64,000 nt of DNA. Source: Macrostomum lignano (lineage: Eukaryota). The notes under the pieces are model-generated. The model was not told the origin of the DNA and did not search any database. It saw only the letters and a program-made list of their open reading frames with translations. This document shows, piece after piece, positions 60,195 through 64,000 of the stretch. The position numbers and the translations under genes are program-made. Where the stretch lies: assembly GCA_002269645.1 (NCBI GenBank), contig NIVC01000245.1, forward strand, positions 124,001 through 188,000, in the 5' to 3' direction. Numbering within the stretch: position 1 is the first letter of the stretch; each line of letters begins with the position of its first letter.

Positions 60195-60665
60195 TATAGG
60201 AAAGTTATAGAGATGATTCTAGGAAAGGTATAGAGACGATTCTAGGAAATTTATAGAGACGATTCTAGGAAAGGTATAGAGACGATTCTACGAAAGGTAT
60301 AGAGACGATTCTAGGAAAGGTATAGAGACGATTCTAGGAAAGGTATAGAGACGATTCTAGGAAAGGTATAGAGACGATTCTAGGAAATTTATAGAGACGA
60401 TTCTAGGAAAGGTATAGAGACGATTCTAGGAAAGGTATAGAGACGATTATAGGAAAGGTATAGAGACGATTCTAGGAAAGGTATAGAGACGATTCTAGGA
60501 AAGGTATAGAGACGATTCTAGGAAAGGTATAGAGACGATTCTAGGAAAGGTATAGAGACGATTCTAGGAAGGGTATAGAGACGATTCTAGGAAAGTTATA
60601 GAGACGATTCTAGAAAAGGTATAGAGACGATTCTAGGAAAGGTATAGAGACGATTCTAGGAAAGA
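60195..60665. repeat. 23-bp minisatellite (tagagacgattctaggaaaggta)
   Basis: Read directly. Confidence 0.96.
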
Positions 60666-60899
60666 TAGATGTAAATACAATTCCAGAAAAAATTTGCATA
60701 GATTTCATAAGTGCTTTAAGTAAGAATATTTGCAAATTGATTTTTATGGCTCTTATTTCTGCCACGAGTGTACCGCACTGGATTTCCGGTAGCTAAAAAG
60801 GGCTGCAGCATAAAAGCACAAATAAAACGAACCGATTAGAAAAACTAAAGATCTGAGCCATTACGTTCTTTTTGGGCCCAACAAGAGAGCAGAGACAGC

Positions 60900-62540
60900 A
60901 TCCTAACTTAACAGTCACAGACTGAAGCAATTTTTGGAGGGTCGCAAAATATGTTTACGGCTCGGAGAGTCTTCGCGACCAGTTTGTAATTGTTTGGTCT
61001 CCACAGCAAGAAAATCTTGCGAAAATTGCTGTCCGAGAAAGTAAACGGTCTGACCTGGCCGAGTGTCACTGCGGTCGCTGCGGCGGGTGAGGCTGTATGT
61101 ACAAAGCGGTGAGATGGACACGAACGTCCCGTGTTTTTCATAGCCTACAAGCCAGTCTCCCTCAACGGCACTGGAAAGATCAAAGGAACAAAAACTTACA
61201 AACACACCAAGCAGGAAAGAGGGGGAAAAACAGCCACTTGCTTTTGCTGGGAAAAATCGGGCCGCACCAAGAGTGAAAACCGGCACAAAGCGCGCTTAAA
61301 TAAGATAATTGCAGCAAGACAGCCACCTGAAGACGGTAAGAAAGATCTCAAAACCCCAGCGCAGAACACAGCAGGTAAATTCAAGGACTCGACTCGTGCA
61401 GCAACAACTTGTAGTGAACAAAACAAAGGCTGGTTGATGAGCAGTAAAACCATTTTTCCCTGTTTCGCCAACATAGGATTCTCGATTTGCATCAACGGAA
61501 CCGCAGATGATGCGGTGGTTGACACTCGAGCGGATGCTTCATCACTCATCTAACAACTGACATTATAGTGCCTGTCAATCATCCCCGAACTGGTCAAACA
61601 GAGCTGGAGAAGAACGTAAATGTCTACTTCACAAAAGAGTCAACCAGAAGCAAGCAAATATATAATTTCTGGGATTGAAAATTACTGGAGAAGGAAGCTG
61701 CCCAAGCAGTTGAAAAGATGGACATCAAAGCAGAAAGATGAGAAGTGGAGTTGGGACGTGGAGGAGCGGTCTACATTTAGCAAAAACAAAATCAAGACGA
61801 TTTCCAAGTCAGAAGTGACCAAGTCGTTCGCCTCGGATGGGCGCAAGTTCACACTGTTGACTGACCACCATCCTTTTAAGTACATCCTTGATCCGGCAAA
61901 AATGCCTCAGAATCAGATCCCGGTGGTCGATGCTTTATCAAGGCTGCAGTCAGCATGCGCCGAGTCACAGCAGTTTGATGTAAGCTCTCTGCAACACATG
62001 ATACTAGATTTTCCATTGAACGAAGGGGGATACTTCTATCAAAAGTAGGAGCTGCCTATCAAGGGTGCAATTCTGCTTTGAGGAATCAGAATTGTGGTCC
62101 CAATCTCGCGTGGTCAATTATCATAGCAAACTTGATGATGGACAGCTAAGATGATAAAATCTATAGCTCGACAGTGTGTTTGGTGGTCTTCGAATCGACT
62201 GGGACTTTGAACTCAAGGCCAAAGCATGCAGTTCAGGTGACAACAGAAAAGTGAAACCGCGAGCACATTAACAGCAAATGTTTGGCATAACTGATGCCTA
62301 CAACAAGTGGGTGGAGGTCCAACTGATGAGCCCAATCAGCCACCGAGGACACGATTATTCAACTCCGTCGCACATTCGCACAGGAGGGATTGCCGCCTGT
62401 AATTGTCTCCAACAACACAGTATGACATTATTTCTCAAATGGCACAGTAGAAAGATTCGTCCGGGATCTAGAAAATCTTCTTCGTACAGCCCTGGATCAG
62501 AATTAAATTCAAGCTAGCACCGACAACAATCATTTAATGC
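60900..62540 (+). pseudogene. Heavily decayed Gypsy LTR retrotransposon (gag knuckle, protease, RNase H, integrase remnants)
   Basis: ATCFC.EKSG.TKSE (knuckle remnant), VVDTRADAS (DTGA protease), FTLLTDHHPF...VVDALSRL (RNase H), ELPIKGAILL*GIRIVVP...KMIKSIARQCVWW and TDAYNKWVEVQLMS (integrase). No LTR pair was recognised. Confidence 0.82.
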
Positions 62541-62554
62541 TCGTACCAATAAAA

Positions 62555-62840
62555 AATAATTGATCACACCTGCCGAATGGCCAGATGTGCAACCGACAGC
62601 TCAGCTGCAGCTATTACGTGGCGCATCTCAAGGTTCAGTCCAAGGACATGGGAAGTCGCCACACTCAGCCTCAAATACCCCAGCTAATGCTGGCACCCAT
62701 TTTACAGCTGTGTTAAATGAAGCACTGCAGAGTTAGGTGTCTCGCTCAATTTACACAAAATGTTCCTCGTGAGTCGAGAATCGAACCCCTGACCTTTCAG
62801 TCGTGAACTTGACACTCTTAACCACAAGGCTACAGGCCCC
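62555..62840 (-). mobile_element. tRNA-headed SINE, copy 2
   Basis: Homologous to 41502-41805, with TAGCCTTGTGG A-box and GGTTCGATTC B-box on the minus strand. Confidence 0.85.
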
Positions 62841-63204
62841 ATCATTCAGCAAATGGAATGTCGCCAGAGAAGTTCGACAGAGAATTAATGAGGAAGCACC
62901 TCGGACAGACAAAACACGCGAATCTCAAAAAAGGCAGTGGTGGTGAGAGATGGCGAGATGGAGCAGCAAGAGCAGTTGCTGGAATCTGAATTGCAGGAGA
63001 TCAAGGAGACTAAAAAACCTACAGATGGCCTGAGCGCTGGACAGACTCAATTCTAAGTGGCTTGGGAAACCAGCGCATTCTCTCACAGATAAGCCAAAGG
63101 ACACACGGGATTTCATTTTGAATACGAATACTTATACTCGTACTTGGGCTTAAAATAGTTATACTTGTAAATTGTGTTCTCTACCGCATTTATTCAACGC
63201 CTCT

Positions 63205-64000
63205 AGGAGATATTCTAGGAAATATGTAGAGACGATTCTAGGAAAGATGTAGAGACGATTCTAGGAAGGATGTAGAGACGATTCTAGGAAGGATGTAGAG
63301 ACAATTCTAGAAAGGATGTAGAGACGATTCTAGGAAGGATGTAGAGACGATTCTAGAAAGGATGTAGAGACGATTCTAGGAAGGATGTAGAGACGATTCT
63401 AGAAAGGATGTAGAGACGATTCTAGGAAGGATGTAGAGAAGAATCAAGGAAAGATGTAGAGACAATTCTAGAAAGGATGTAGAGACGATTCTAGGAAGGA
63501 TGTAGAGACGATTCTAGGAAGGATGTAGAGACGATTCTAGGAAGGATGTAGAGACAATTCTAGAAAGGATGTAGAGACGATTCTAGGAAGGATGTAGAGA
63601 CGATTCTAGAAAGGATGTAGAGACGATTCTAGGAAGGATGTAGAGACGATTCTAGGAAGGATGTAGAGACGATTCTAGGAAGGATGTAGAGAAGAATCAA
63701 GGAAAGATGTAGAGACGATTCTAGGAAGGATGTAGAGAAGAATCAAGGAAAGATGTAGAGACAATTCTAGAAAGGATGTAGAGACGATTCTAGGAAGGAT
63801 GTAGAGACGATTCTAGGAAGGATGTAGAGACGATTCTAGGAAGGATGTAGAGACAATTCTAGAAAGGATGTAGAGACGATTCTAGGAAGGATGTAGAGAC
63901 GATTCTAGAAAGGATGTAGAGACGATTCTAGGAAGGATGTAGAGACGATTCTAGAAAGGATGTAGAGACGATTCTAGGAAGGATGTAGAGAAGAATCAAG
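63205..64000. repeat. 23-bp minisatellite (tagagacgattctaggaaggatg), sister of the 60195 array; runs off the window end
   Basis: Read directly. Confidence 0.97.

Overview
Intron-containing, minisatellite-rich animal genomic DNA. It is probably a free-living flatworm such as Macrostomum; this is inferred from 41-103 nt introns, repeat style and gene content, not proven. Five host genes can be rebuilt by hand: a Cdx/caudal-type homeobox gene (3984-6898, -; absent from the ORF track), VPS26 (9184-12180, -), an oxytocin/vasopressin-neurophysin precursor with the unusual nonapeptide CFMENCAPG-amide (39900-40400, +), an ankyrin-repeat + STE/MAP3K-like kinase with one frameshift (44254-46808, -) and an EGR/Krox zinc-finger gene (53212-54131, -). 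Mobile DNA includes a young 5'-inverted Penelope element with two minimal hammerhead ribozymes, a 12-kb foldback-like composite with 2.5/3.9-kb inverted arms and a target-site-duplication-like flank, decayed Merlin, KDZ/CxC, Crypton, RTE-like, R1/LOA-like and Gypsy elements, two tRNA-headed SINEs and MITEs. About 40% of the window is tandem repeats, and the long repeat ORFs in the track are artefacts. A recurring signal is CpG decay to TG, CA and also TA, with a sharply bounded CpG desert at 14.3-18.6 kb. No CRISPR array, rRNA or true tRNA gene was found.
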